This document shows, in pieces, positions 26,936-36,799 of a stretch of 64,000 nucleotides of DNA; positions within the stretch are counted from its first letter, which is position 1; the number at the start of each line of letters is the position of its first letter. Source of the DNA: Chloroflexota bacterium (GTDB lineage: Bacteria; Chloroflexota; UBA11872; VXNJ01). The position numbers and the translations under genes were made by a program. The stretch is from the NCBI GenBank assembly GCA_026707405.1, contig JAPOWW010000012.1:43509-107508 (forward strand), read 5' to 3'. The notes below the pieces were generated by a model, which was not told the DNA's origin, did no database searches, and saw only the letters and a program-made list of their open reading frames with translations.

Positions 26936-29218
26936 TTGGGATTGACTCCTGCGCAGATCGTCGAACGGTTGGCGTCGGATCCTCAGTTTTCCTCACGCGT
27001 GACCGCGTGGCGTTTCGTCGAGCCGCGCGAAGCCCGTTACGGCGTCCTTCCGGCCAATGTCGCTCCAAGCCTCGTCGAGGGACTGCGGCGCGTCGGAATC
27101 GACCGTCCCTACATTCATCAGGCCGAGGCCGCCCACAGGACGCTGCGCGGCGAGGATGTCGTAGTCGTCACCGGAACGGCATCGGGTAAGACTCTCTGTT
27201 ACAACCTGCCGGTCGTTCAAACCATCCTCGACCACCCCGAGAGCAGGGCCCTCTACCTGTTTCCGACCAAAGCTCTTTCACAAGACCAGCTCGACGAACT
27301 CCACAGCTTGGTGGAGGGGACCGAGGCCGATATCAAGACGTTCACCTACGACGGCGACACCCCGACGCAAGCGCGCCGGGCCGTGAGACGGGCTGGTCAC
27401 ATCGTGGTTACGAACCCGGACATGCTGCATACGGGCATCCTGCCGCATCACACGAACTGGACGCGCCTGTTCGAGAATCTGCGCTACATTGTCATCGATG
27501 AGCTGCACTATTACCGCGGCGTCTTCGGTAGCCATCTCGCCAACGTTCTGCGGCGTCTTCTGCGTATTTGCGACTTCTATGGCAGCCGGCCGAGCTTTAT
27601 CTGCTCGTCCGCTACTATCGCCAATCCCGGTGAGCTGGCCCGACGCCTGACTGGCCGGGAGTTTTCAGTGGTCGACGACGACGGATCGCCGCGTGGTGAG
27701 CGCCACTACATCCTCTACAACCCGCCGGTGGTCAACCGTGAGTTGGGCATTCGCCGTTCGGCCATCGAGGAGAGCGTCAAGCTCGCAAGTCTTTTCCTGG
27801 GCAACGACATCCAGACTCTCGCATTTGCCCGAAGCCGCGTCGACACCGAAGTGCTCTTGTCCAAGTTGCAGAGCAATCCAGACCTTACGGGACGGCGAAT
27901 AAACGGCTACCGGGGCGGATATCTGCCCGCCGAGCGCAGGGCAATCGAGGAAGGTCTGCGGACGGGCGAGACCCGTGGAGTCGTGGCCACCAACGCACTG
28001 GAGCTTGGAATCGACATCGGCCAGCTGGAGGCAGTAGTCCTTTGCGGATATCCGGGAACGGTCGCGAGCACGTGGCAGAGATTCGGACGCGCGGGCAGGC
28101 GCACCGGGACATCGGTGTCCGTGCTCGTCGCCTCGTCGAGTCCGCTGGACCAGTACATAGTGAACAACCCGGATTATTTCTTCGGAGCGCCGGTCGAGAG
28201 CGGCCTGGTTAATCCGGATAACCTGTTCATCCTTAACAGCCACCTCAAGTGCGCGGCCTTCGAGCTACCGTTCGAGCAGGGCGAGCGGTTCGGCGTGAGC
28301 ACCACCGACTCGATGCTCGACCACCTCGCCGGTATCGGCGTGCTGAACAAGCTGGGCGGAACATGGCACTGGTCGGTCGCCGACGACTACCCTGCGCAAT
28401 ACGTGAACCTTCGCACAGGCTCCATCGACAACGTGGTGATAATCGACAAGACCAGAACCCCAAAGGTCTTGGGCGAGGTCGATACGTTCGCGGCCCCGAC
28501 CCTGGTCCACACCGACGCCATATACCTGCACGCTGGCCGGCAATATCACGTAGAGAAGCTCGATTGGGAAGAGAAGAAGGCGTACGTCCGCGAAGTGTCG
28601 GTTGAGCATTACACCGACGCCAGCAGGAACGTGAGGATCTCGGTATTGGACGATTTCGCGTCGGACGGCTCCCGTCCACTCGGTCGGGGATGGGGCGAGG
28701 TTCGCGTAACCTCGCTCCCGACGATCTTCAAAAAGCTCAGGCTCTCAAATCACGATAACGTTGGATGGGGCAAGATCGATCTTCCGCAGCAGGAGATGCA
28801 CACTACTGCCTACTGGCTGACGCTCCCGGTCGAACTGGAACGGCGGATGGGGCGCCCCGCGGTGGAGGCGGGGCTGCTTGGCGCGGCTCACGTATTGCAC
28901 CAGATAGCGCCGATATTCCTGATGTGCGATCCAAGGGACCTTGGCAAGGTCACCGAAATCCGGTCGCCGTTTACCGACGCGCCCACCGTTTACCTGTACG
29001 AGGTCTACCCCGGCGGCGTGGGTTTCAGCGAACTGCTGTACCGCGCGCACGACGACCTGCTCAGCCGGGCCTCGGAGCTTATAAACGCCTGCCCCTGCGA
29101 CAACGGTTGCCCGTCTTGCGTCGGCCCGCCGTCGATGCTCGGAAGGCGAGCTAAGCTGCACGCGCTGAGTGTCCTCCAGCACGGCACTCGCGAGCGGGCG
29201 GCGACTCCGAGCGCATAG
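26936..29218 (+). CDS. mrfA: SF2 DEAD/DEAH-box helicase with C-terminal DUF1998-type four-Cys domain (MrfA/YprA-like)
   Basis: Walker A GTASGKT, DELH box (IVIDELHYY), helicase C domain, and the C-terminal Cys cluster CPCDNGCPSCV. 760 aa. Followed by a YprB-like exonuclease gene. Confidence 0.85.
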   Translation: MGLTPAQIVERLASDPQFSSRVTAWRFVEPREARYGVLPANVAPSLVEGLRRVGIDRPYIHQAEAAHRTLRGEDVVVVTGTASGKTLCYNLPVVQTILDHPESRALYLFPTKALSQDQLDELHSLVEGTEADIKTFTYDGDTPTQARRAVRRAGHIVVTNPDMLHTGILPHHTNWTRLFENLRYIVIDELHYYRGVFGSHLANVLRRLLRICDFYGSRPSFICSSATIANPGELARRLTGREFSVVDDDGSPRGERHYILYNPPVVNRELGIRRSAIEESVKLASLFLGNDIQTLAFARSRVDTEVLLSKLQSNPDLTGRRINGYRGGYLPAERRAIEEGLRTGETRGVVATNALELGIDIGQLEAVVLCGYPGTVASTWQRFGRAGRRTGTSVSVLVASSSPLDQYIVNNPDYFFGAPVESGLVNPDNLFILNSHLKCAAFELPFEQGERFGVSTTDSMLDHLAGIGVLNKLGGTWHWSVADDYPAQYVNLRTGSIDNVVIIDKTRTPKVLGEVDTFAAPTLVHTDAIYLHAGRQYHVEKLDWEEKKAYVREVSVEHYTDASRNVRISVLDDFASDGSRPLGRGWGEVRVTSLPTIFKKLRLSNHDNVGWGKIDLPQQEMHTTAYWLTLPVELERRMGRPAVEAGLLGAAHVLHQIAPIFLMCDPRDLGKVTEIRSPFTDAPTVYLYEVYPGGVGFSELLYRAHDDLLSRASELINACPCDNGCPSCVGPPSMLGRRAKLHALSVLQHGTRERAATPSA

Positions 29219-29235
29219 GCGCTACCCGACCCGGC

Positions 29236-30462
29236 ATGGCCTCAATTCTCAGCAACGGCTCGTCGGTCCGTCCGATCGAAGCCGTGGTGCCCGGACGCTT
29301 CGTCCGGAACCGGCACGGCGTTTTCTATTGCGCTCAGGTCGATACGCCCAACCACGAGCGCCGCGGCGGCATCAGGTTCGGAGACGTTCTGCAAGCTCGC
29401 GGCGACTTGATAGCCATCGCCGGTCGCGACGCTGAGCTTACCGGCCTCGACGTGCGCAACACCGTCTTCGTGGACACGGAGACCACGGGACTCGCCGGAG
29501 GTACGGGGACCTATGCGTTCCTGGTGGGTCTTGGATTCTTCCGCGACGGTCACTTTGTGGTCAGGCAGTATTTCATGCGGGACCAGTCGGAAGAGAAGGC
29601 GATGATGTTCGCCGTTTCCGAAGCGTTGCGGCGGTTCGACTGGGCCGTGACGTTCAACGGCAGATCCTTCGACTTTCCACTGCTCACCACCCGATTCATC
29701 CTGTCCCGCATCCGTCCCCGGCTTGACCAGCTAGCCCATTTCGATCTGCTTCACACGTGCCGAAGGATATGGTCGCGCGCCCCGTTCGCGGCCCGTATAG
29801 GCCTGCGGCTGGGGTCGCTCGAATCAGCACTGTTGGCGCACCGCAGACCTACCGACGTTCCAAGCTGGCAGGTGCCGGAAATCTACTTCGATTACCTGAG
29901 GTCGGGAGACGCGAAGGAGCTGCGAGCCGTATTCGCTCACAACGTCGAGGACATACTCTCCATGGTCAGCCTGGTCGGGGTTGTCGATTCGGTGATGGGA
30001 TCGTGGCGAAATCCGGGGACCGTCGATCCCCACGCCGTAGCCGGTATCGGGAGAATCCATGAGATGGACGGCCGGTTCGACATCGCCGCCGAAGCGTACT
30101 CCGCCGCTCTGGCCGAATCGCTTCAGCCCGAAACGGCGGCGAGATACGCCTTTGCGCTGTCCATAATCCACAAGCGACATGGAGACTGGACCAAGGCGGA
30201 GTCGATCTGGAAGGACCTCGCCGAAGGCAAGGGTCGGCTGGCCGCCGCGGCGTGCGTGGAGCTTGCCAAGTACCTCGAGCATCGTTTATATGATTTCGGA
30301 CGCGCCTACTTCTACTGCATGAGCGCGGACGGTCTCGCAAGGGAAGTTTCGTTCCCGATGGGAGGACAGCTATCGGAATGGGCGCTGGAACACCGAGCCA
30401 ACCGTTTGCGCAGACGCATGAACGCCGCCCACATGGCGGCTAGTTCCGACCGCGCGTCATGA
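29236..30462 (+). CDS. mrfB: RNase H-like/DEDD exonuclease with C-terminal helical repeat region (MrfB/YprB-like)
   Basis: Motifs VFVDTETTGLAGGTG, FNGRSFDFPLL and AHNVEDILS, with a helical C-terminal third. Positioned 17 nt after the helicase gene. Confidence 0.72.
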   Translation: MASILSNGSSVRPIEAVVPGRFVRNRHGVFYCAQVDTPNHERRGGIRFGDVLQARGDLIAIAGRDAELTGLDVRNTVFVDTETTGLAGGTGTYAFLVGLGFFRDGHFVVRQYFMRDQSEEKAMMFAVSEALRRFDWAVTFNGRSFDFPLLTTRFILSRIRPRLDQLAHFDLLHTCRRIWSRAPFAARIGLRLGSLESALLAHRRPTDVPSWQVPEIYFDYLRSGDAKELRAVFAHNVEDILSMVSLVGVVDSVMGSWRNPGTVDPHAVAGIGRIHEMDGRFDIAAEAYSAALAESLQPETAARYAFALSIIHKRHGDWTKAESIWKDLAEGKGRLAAAACVELAKYLEHRLYDFGRAYFYCMSADGLAREVSFPMGGQLSEWALEHRANRLRRRMNAAHMAASSDRAS

Positions 30463-31589
30463 GCCCGTCAAAGTCTCTGGATGTCGTCATCTGCGGTGGT
30501 GGCGCGGTCGGAGCCGCAATTGCGTACTACCTCTCAAAGCTGCGGCTGCGCGTCCTGATCGTGGAGTCACACTCGATCGCCCGAGGCGCGAGTGGGTTTG
30601 CAGCGGGAATAATCTCCGCTCCCGGTCCTTTCGCGACAGGGCCGATGGGACGCCTGCATACGCTCTCGTTCAATGAGCATCGCGATCTGGCGTCGAGTCT
30701 CTCGGAGCAAACGGGTCTTGAATACGACTTCGAGGATTGCCCCATGCTCTCGGTCGCCGACACTCCAAACGAAGCGAGAGCGCTTCGAGCAGCCGCACGA
30801 CTCCAATTCGACCAGGGCGGCGCGGAGTCCTCGATACGCTGGATAAACTCCGGCGACGTGCCGGACGTCTGCCCGTGGATCGATTTACCGGTCTCCGGCG
30901 GACTGCTCAATTTGGGTTCGGCGCTCGTAGATCCGCGCAAGTTCACCGAGGCCCTGGTTGCCGCCGCCCGCCGCCTGGGCGCATCGACCAGGCACGCGCG
31001 AGTCACCGGGATCACTCAAAGTCGCGGACGCGTCACCGGCGTTGAGTTGGGCGGAGAAACCGTCTCTGCGGGATCGGCTGTCTTCGCCATGGGACCGTGG
31101 ACCGCCGAAGCCTCGGACTGGCTTGGTTTCGAAATTCCGGTCTACCCGTTGAAAGGCCAAATTCTCCGACTTCGCATCGACGGCCCGCTGCATCAAGCCG
31201 GCTTCAGCAACGGCGAGGGCGACTACCTGGTTCCGAAGCCGTCAGGTCTCGTCTACGTCGGCACCACCGAGGAGAGCGTTGGCTTCGAGGCTTCCCCGAC
31301 CGGCGAGGCGCGCCGCAGCATCCTGTCGTTCGCGAGCCGCTACGTCTCAAGCGTCTCGGAAGCGGAGGTCGTCGAGCAGACAGTTTGTCTCCGCCCGATG
31401 TCGCGCGACGAGATTCCAATAATGGGCCGCGTGCCGGGGACCGAGGGAGCATATGTGGCAACAGGACACGGCCGTTCGGGCATTCTGCTGTCGACCGGAT
31501 CGGGCCGGGCGATGGCTGAGCTGATTGCTGGCGGTCGATCTGAATGTCTGGACCTGACACCGTTCGATCCCGCCCGCTTCACCCGGTAA
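30459..31589 (+). CDS. FAD-dependent oxidoreductase (DAO / glycine-D-amino-acid oxidase family)
   Basis: N-terminal dinucleotide-binding motif VVICGGGAVGAAIAYYLS. 376 aa. The ATG overlaps the stop of the preceding gene (ATGA). Confidence 0.85.
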   Translation: MSPSKSLDVVICGGGAVGAAIAYYLSKLRLRVLIVESHSIARGASGFAAGIISAPGPFATGPMGRLHTLSFNEHRDLASSLSEQTGLEYDFEDCPMLSVADTPNEARALRAAARLQFDQGGAESSIRWINSGDVPDVCPWIDLPVSGGLLNLGSALVDPRKFTEALVAAARRLGASTRHARVTGITQSRGRVTGVELGGETVSAGSAVFAMGPWTAEASDWLGFEIPVYPLKGQILRLRIDGPLHQAGFSNGEGDYLVPKPSGLVYVGTTEESVGFEASPTGEARRSILSFASRYVSSVSEAEVVEQTVCLRPMSRDEIPIMGRVPGTEGAYVATGHGRSGILLSTGSGRAMAELIAGGRSECLDLTPFDPARFTR

Positions 31590-31629
31590 TGCGGCGCGGC
31601 CGAGACGGGGAGAAAGGGTAGACTCGCAT

Positions 31630-32826
31630 ATGGCTGTGAATTACGAGAATCTATTTTCGACTAGGCATTCGACTTCGGTGAAGCTTCACCCGGGGTTGCT
31701 GGCCGTGACCAAATATGAATTCTCGGTAACTAATGCCGACCCGGAATCGCTCCCCGCGGGCGGCTTTACTGATGCCCTCCGCACGGCCATGCGTACACAG
31801 ACCCGAGACTTGGCGAAGTATCCACCGCCGCAGGGACACTTCGGCTTGAGAGAGCTAACTGCCCAGAATCTCGAAGAGAAGCGGGGACACAAGACAAGCA
31901 TCGATTCGATCTTCCTCAGCGGCGGAGCCGGAGGTGCCGCGCAGATCATCTTCGACGCATTCATCGATCCCGGCGACATCGTTCTGGTCGACGAGTTCAC
32001 TTACCCCGGCACGCTCGCCATGCTCCTGCTAAGGCGCGCAAACGTCATCCACGTGCCCACTGACGACCAGGGCATGAATACCGACGCCCTGGAAAACGCT
32101 ATCCAAGAACTGGCCAGCCACGGCAAGCGCCCGACCATGATCTACACGATCTCGGTATATCACAACCCTATGGGTATGACCATGAGCCTGGAGAGACGCA
32201 AGCGCCTGCTGGAAATCTCCCATCGCCACGGTATTCCCATTCTTGAGAATGAGTCTTACGCCGATTTCGCAATCGACGACGACTCGCTCCCCCCCGCAAT
32301 CATCTCTATGGATGATCAAGACTCGGTGATCTACGTCTCGTCATTCACCAAGCTCCTGGCTTGCGGACTTCGTCTTGGCTATGGCGTCGTTCCTCAACGG
32401 GTAAGAAGGCACCTTGAGCCGCTCAGATTCGGGGGCTCGCCCAGTCATCTCGCTTCGATGGTGGTTCACGAATACTTGCGAGACCACAGAGACGAGCACG
32501 TGGAGCGAGTCCGCCTGCGCCTGAAGGCCAAGCGCGACGCCCTACTTGCCGCGCTTGACAACTATTTCCCACCAACCTGTACGTGGTCGAAACCTACCGG
32601 CGGGATGATGGTGTGGGTCCGGCTGCCCGAAGGGGCGAACACCTGGGACGCGCTGGACAAGACCATCGAAGCCGGCGTGAAGTACAACCCTGGCCCTCTG
32701 TTCCGCGCCGAGCGTGACCGTCCCAACTACTTGAGGCTCGCCTACAGCCACAATTCACCTGAAGAGATATGGGAGGGAGTCGGCATCCTGGCCTCGGTGT
32801 TCGAGCGCGAGGGAGTGTTCGGCTAA
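31630..32826 (+). CDS. PLP-dependent aminotransferase, class I/II (aminoadipate/aromatic aminotransferase-like)
   Basis: 398 aa with the PLP-lysine context SSFTKLLACGLRLGY. Fold-type I pattern throughout. Confidence 0.8.
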   Translation: MAVNYENLFSTRHSTSVKLHPGLLAVTKYEFSVTNADPESLPAGGFTDALRTAMRTQTRDLAKYPPPQGHFGLRELTAQNLEEKRGHKTSIDSIFLSGGAGGAAQIIFDAFIDPGDIVLVDEFTYPGTLAMLLLRRANVIHVPTDDQGMNTDALENAIQELASHGKRPTMIYTISVYHNPMGMTMSLERRKRLLEISHRHGIPILENESYADFAIDDDSLPPAIISMDDQDSVIYVSSFTKLLACGLRLGYGVVPQRVRRHLEPLRFGGSPSHLASMVVHEYLRDHRDEHVERVRLRLKAKRDALLAALDNYFPPTCTWSKPTGGMMVWVRLPEGANTWDALDKTIEAGVKYNPGPLFRAERDRPNYLRLAYSHNSPEEIWEGVGILASVFEREGVFG

Positions 32827-34082
32827 TTCCCTTTACGAGCCGCGGCTCGATACTTCACCCGGACCGGATGGGGGACGGGCTGATTGAACAGGTACCCCTT
32901 CTCGTTGGACGGGATCTCTTCGGGTTGGGTATTCCCCGCCGCGTCCGTCGCGCGGGTCATCACTACGTGCTCCCCGGGCTCGGCGTCCCACATGAACTCG
33001 AAGCGTGCCCAGGAGTACTGGACCTGCGGCTCATGCACTGTCGAGTCGCTCCAGGTCTGCCCGGAATCGACGCTCCATTCCACTCTCGCAATCGGGCCGG
33101 TGGGCGACTGGGCGTAGCCCCGCACGCGCCGTAAGCCTGGAGACAGTTCGGCGGGCCATGGAAGCGCCAGCGCGCTCTTGATCACCTGGGCAGTAATCAC
33201 CTTTCCCAGGGCCTCGCCCTCGGGAGGATAGGCGTCGCCGATCAGCACGTACGAGGTCGTGTTGTTGCGGGTCCAGATCTGCTCCGACGATACGACTATC
33301 CGGCTCAGCCACTTGATGCTGGAGCTGGCAACCCATCCCGGAACTAGCGCCCTGAGCGGATATCCGTGATCCTTGGGCAGCGTCTCCCCGTTCAACGCGA
33401 AAGCGAGAAGGGTATCGGGATGCATCGCCTTCTCCACGGGCAGGACTCGGCGAAAGCCCCCCTCAGGCGACTTGGCGTCCAGTCCAATCATCAGCACGCT
33501 GACCGCGTCTCCGGTGATCCCGGACAGCTCCAGCACGTCCCGCAGGGACACGCCCGTCCACTCGCCATTGCTCACGGCGCCCGTCCCCCATTGCGTTCCC
33601 CTGGCCGCTCGTCCGTTGACCAAGTCGAACATACTTCGGTGATTGCCGGCGCATTCCAGATAAGACACGATAGTGCGGCTGGGCAGATTTCGTAGTCGGT
33701 CGTAGGACAACTCCAACGGCTTCGCGACCGCGTCGCCCTCAACAGAAAGCCGCCAACGGGCCGCATCAACGTTGACGCCGGTGGAGTCGTTTCGCACGAA
33801 GAAGAGAGAGTTGGGGGTTATGGTCCCCCGCATGTTTTCCAGGCGCGATTCCAAGCCGGCCCGGCCGCGCCGTATGAAGGGCATCGGATCCTTGAACCAG
33901 TCGGAGGGCTGGGCCACAGTGGAAGGTGGGGTGGCGGCTGCACTGCTACGAGTTGTGTCGCTAGCGCCGGCAGCGGAGCGGCCAGATGATGTCAATCCTT
34001 TGCACCCCCCGAGTACGGCAACTATGCCACCAGCCGATAACAGACGCAAAAACCGACCTCGATTCATGTCCTCCCTACCCAC
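32823..34082 (-). CDS. Sulfite-oxidase-family molybdopterin oxidoreductase (SorA-like), lipoprotein
   Basis: Moco-cysteine motif SYLECAGNHRS and a C-terminal dimerisation domain. N-terminal signal NRGRFLRLLSAGGIVAVLGGC carries a lipobox. The alternative start MNRGRF lies 5 codons downstream. Confidence 0.85.
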   Translation of the reverse strand: MGREDMNRGRFLRLLSAGGIVAVLGGCKGLTSSGRSAAGASDTTRSSAAATPPSTVAQPSDWFKDPMPFIRRGRAGLESRLENMRGTITPNSLFFVRNDSTGVNVDAARWRLSVEGDAVAKPLELSYDRLRNLPSRTIVSYLECAGNHRSMFDLVNGRAARGTQWGTGAVSNGEWTGVSLRDVLELSGITGDAVSVLMIGLDAKSPEGGFRRVLPVEKAMHPDTLLAFALNGETLPKDHGYPLRALVPGWVASSSIKWLSRIVVSSEQIWTRNNTTSYVLIGDAYPPEGEALGKVITAQVIKSALALPWPAELSPGLRRVRGYAQSPTGPIARVEWSVDSGQTWSDSTVHEPQVQYSWARFEFMWDAEPGEHVVMTRATDAAGNTQPEEIPSNEKGYLFNQPVPHPVRVKYRAAARKGN

Positions 34083-34252
34083 ATACCGCCAGGCTCTCCT
34101 CTATGTCCCAACCGGCCATCTCGCATCTAAACCTCGGATAGCTCGCCCTTTGAACATCATCCGAAGTATACGGATGGTAATCGACGTGTAGCCTTAACCG
34201 AATGGGCTAATCGACTACGTTGCCGCAAAAGCCTTCAACTGCACTGTGTCAT

Positions 34253-34966
34253 TCACGCGCCTAGCCTGTCGGCCAGTTCGACGAAGTCGTTGACGACAAT
34301 GTCGAATCCGTCCCCGTCGTCCGTGTGTTCCGCGCCAACTGAGTCGATCAACTGCGGCCGGTCGACGAAAGCTGTCTTGAATCCGGCACGCCGGGCCGCC
34401 TGCAGGTCGAACTCGTGCGACGCCACCATCATCACGGCGTCCGCAGAAAGACCGAGCAGATCGGCGGCTGTCTGATAGACCTCGAGATCCGGCTTGTACT
34501 GCATGGCCAGTTCGGCGGAAAGTATGCAGTCCCACGATAGACCCGCGTGCTTTGAGAGATTGACGAGCAGCGCCACGTTGCCATTCGAGAGCGTGGCCGT
34601 CACATATTTTTGACGGAGCCGTTGAAGTCCTTCGGTAACGTCAGGCCAGGGTTTCAGCCTATGCCACACGCGGTTCAGGCGCTCGATCTCCGGTTCCGTA
34701 AGCCCCGCGAGTCCGTATTGGTCCAGGAGACCGTCCAGGATCAGCCGGTGAAGGCCGTCCAGCGGAGTCCAGGGCAGTTCGCCTCTCCGAACGCGGTCCA
34801 TCCCGGGGCCGTAGCCCGCGCGCCAGGCATCGGCGAACGACTCCCAATCCACGTCGATTCCGTGAGAACGGCCTAAGCGTTCAACTTCCTCGATCACGCT
34901 GCCGCGCCAGTCGACGACCGTGCCAAAAACGTCGAACGTGAGCGCGCGGACTTCCAGATCAGCCAA
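34253..34966 (-). CDS. HAD-superfamily hydrolase, type II haloacid dehalogenase-like
   Basis: Nucleophile motif LTFDVFGTVVDW. 237 aa with a family-typical layout. Confidence 0.82.
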   Translation of the reverse strand: MADLEVRALTFDVFGTVVDWRGSVIEEVERLGRSHGIDVDWESFADAWRAGYGPGMDRVRRGELPWTPLDGLHRLILDGLLDQYGLAGLTEPEIERLNRVWHRLKPWPDVTEGLQRLRQKYVTATLSNGNVALLVNLSKHAGLSWDCILSAELAMQYKPDLEVYQTAADLLGLSADAVMMVASHEFDLQAARRAGFKTAFVDRPQLIDSVGAEHTDDGDGFDIVVNDFVELADRLGA

Positions 34967-35005
34967 CTTGCGAGGGTGGCTGTTTTGTCCTCACAGGTTT
35001 ATCTG

Positions 35006-35383
35006 CTAGATGGCGTCCGGGTCGTGGCGGTGCGGCTCGCCGGTCACGCTGACGGCGACGCGAATGGACGGCCCGTCCCCAACTGGCTCGATCAGGTGCC
35101 ACGTGTTCTTCGGCGCTAGAACAAAGTCGCCAGCCTTCGCGTGGATACGCACGTCGTCGCCCATGTTCCAGATGATCTCGCCCTCGGCGATGAACCAGCA
35201 TTCCTCCTTGTAGTGGTAGTGCCGGTCGCATTCGAATCCCGAAGGCTGGCAGATGGCGGAGATCGTGAACTCGTCGTTGATGACCACGCGGGCCGACCAC
35301 GGCGGCTCGCCGTTTCGCCGCTTGACTTCTTCCAGCGAGGCGCTCATCAGCGCCGGGCTCAATACTGCGGTTTCGATCGCCAT
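35006..35383 (-). CDS. Cupin-domain protein
   Basis: 125 aa with the two cupin motifs (HYHYKEECWFIAEGEI and AKAGDFVLAPKNTWH). Confidence 0.7.
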   Translation of the reverse strand: MAIETAVLSPALMSASLEEVKRRNGEPPWSARVVINDEFTISAICQPSGFECDRHYHYKEECWFIAEGEIIWNMGDDVRIHAKAGDFVLAPKNTWHLIEPVGDGPSIRVAVSVTGEPHRHDPDAI

Positions 35384-35557
35384 GACCCCATCCTCCTAAT
35401 GCTCTCGTCTCAACAAACTTAGTCTGAACCGGCGGCGGATATCTTGCAACGCCGCCCGGCTTGAGATCAGTCATTCGCCAAGCGTTTCATTTGACAACGT
35501 TGATGGCTGCCCTGGCGGCGGAGCGTATGGCGTGCCAGTTCGCGCGCTTTAGGAGGA

Positions 35558-36697
35558 ATGAACATCTTCCTCACGTCGCGCAAGGCTTATACTCGCGCGG
35601 GGGAATCTGAGATCGGATATCGCATGGACAACCATTCAATCGCAGTAATCGGCGGAGACGGCATCGGCCCTGACGTGCTCCGCGAGGGCCGGCTCGTTCT
35701 GGAGAATCTCTCCGAAGTGACCGGGGCGCTGAGTTGGGAATTTCATGAGTTCCCGTGGGGCTGCGACCATTACCTCGAGCACGGTCTGATGATGCCCGAG
35801 GCTGCCCTCGACACCCTCAAGCCGTTCGACGCCATCTACTTCGGCGCCTGCGGATTTCCAAGTGTCCCCGACCATATCTCCCTGCACGGCCTGCTGCTGC
35901 CAATTCGCCAGACGTTTCAACAGTACATCAACCTCCGCCCGGTGCAGCTTTTGCCCGGCATACAGAGCCCGCTCGTAGGCAAGAGTGCGGAGGATATCGA
36001 CTTCCTGTGCGTGCGCGAAAACACCGAAGGCGAATACGGAGGAGTCGGCGGCAGGCTCCATCGCGGGATGCCGCACGAAGTCGCGGTCGAGACCGTGGTA
36101 TTCACCCGCACGGCAGTGGAGCGGGTAGTCCGATATTCATTTGAGCTGGCAAAGCGGACCGGCCGAGGCCACGTCACAAATATCACCAAGTCAAACGCGC
36201 AGCGGCACTCTATGGTGTTCTGGGACGACGTGTTCGACGAAGTTGCGGTCGAATACCCCGAAACCACTACCGACCGCTCTTTGATCGACGCAGCGGCGGC
36301 GCGAATGGTACGAAACCCTGAGTCCTACGACGTCCTCGTCGCGTCCAACCTGTTCGGCGATATATTGACCGACATCGGCGGCGCGCTGATGGGAAGTCTG
36401 GGCGTTCCGCCGAGCGCCAACATCAATCCGGACGGCGGCTATCCTCCCCTGTTCGAGCCCGTGCACGGCTCCGCGCCCGACATCGCGGGCAAGGGGATCG
36501 CATGCCCCATAGCCGCGATCTGGGCGGCGGCGATGATGGTTGAGGATCTCGGGCATCCGGAAGAATCGAAGCTCATCATGGACGCGATGACCGACGTCAC
36601 CGCTTCGGGAACGCTCACCCCGGACCTGGGCGGCAAGGCTACGACCGTAGAGTTTGGCCAGGCCGTCTGTGACGCCCTCCGAAAGCGCGCGGGCTAG
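35558..36697 (+). CDS. Isocitrate/isopropylmalate dehydrogenase-family enzyme (tartrate/D-malate dehydrogenase-like)
   Basis: Motifs IAVIGGDGIGPDV, VRENTEGEY and NLFGDILTD. The likely true start is ATG 35624 (MDNHSIAVIGGDG). The ATG at 35558 has AGGAGG only 1 nt upstream. Confidence 0.88.
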   Translation: MNIFLTSRKAYTRAGESEIGYRMDNHSIAVIGGDGIGPDVLREGRLVLENLSEVTGALSWEFHEFPWGCDHYLEHGLMMPEAALDTLKPFDAIYFGACGFPSVPDHISLHGLLLPIRQTFQQYINLRPVQLLPGIQSPLVGKSAEDIDFLCVRENTEGEYGGVGGRLHRGMPHEVAVETVVFTRTAVERVVRYSFELAKRTGRGHVTNITKSNAQRHSMVFWDDVFDEVAVEYPETTTDRSLIDAAAARMVRNPESYDVLVASNLFGDILTDIGGALMGSLGVPPSANINPDGGYPPLFEPVHGSAPDIAGKGIACPIAAIWAAAMMVEDLGHPEESKLIMDAMTDVTASGTLTPDLGGKATTVEFGQAVCDALRKRAG

Positions 36698-36710
36698 GAA
36701 CGCGCCGTCG

Positions 36711-36737
36711 GTAGAGGCGGCGGAGCGCGAACCGCCC
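36711..36737. repeat. Degenerate copy of the GTAGGGGCGGTTCGCGAACCGCCC element
   Basis: GTAGAGGCGGCGGAGCGCGAACCGCCC read directly. Located between convergent genes and followed by the 14-nt palindrome GGCCGCTAGCGGCC (36752-36765). Confidence 0.45.
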
Positions 36738-36799
36738 TCACAAAGAATGGCGGCCGCTAGCGGCCTACGGGCGTTCAGTCGATTCTGGCCGGCCGAGCC

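Noticed and set aside
35558-35623. 22-codon N-terminal extension of the isopropylmalate/tartrate dehydrogenase-family gene
   Set aside because: Family members start close to the (I/V)AV(I/L)xGDGIGPE motif. The upstream ATG has its AGGAGG only 1 nt away, which is poor spacing. I kept it within the feature span but regard ATG 35624 as the more likely start.
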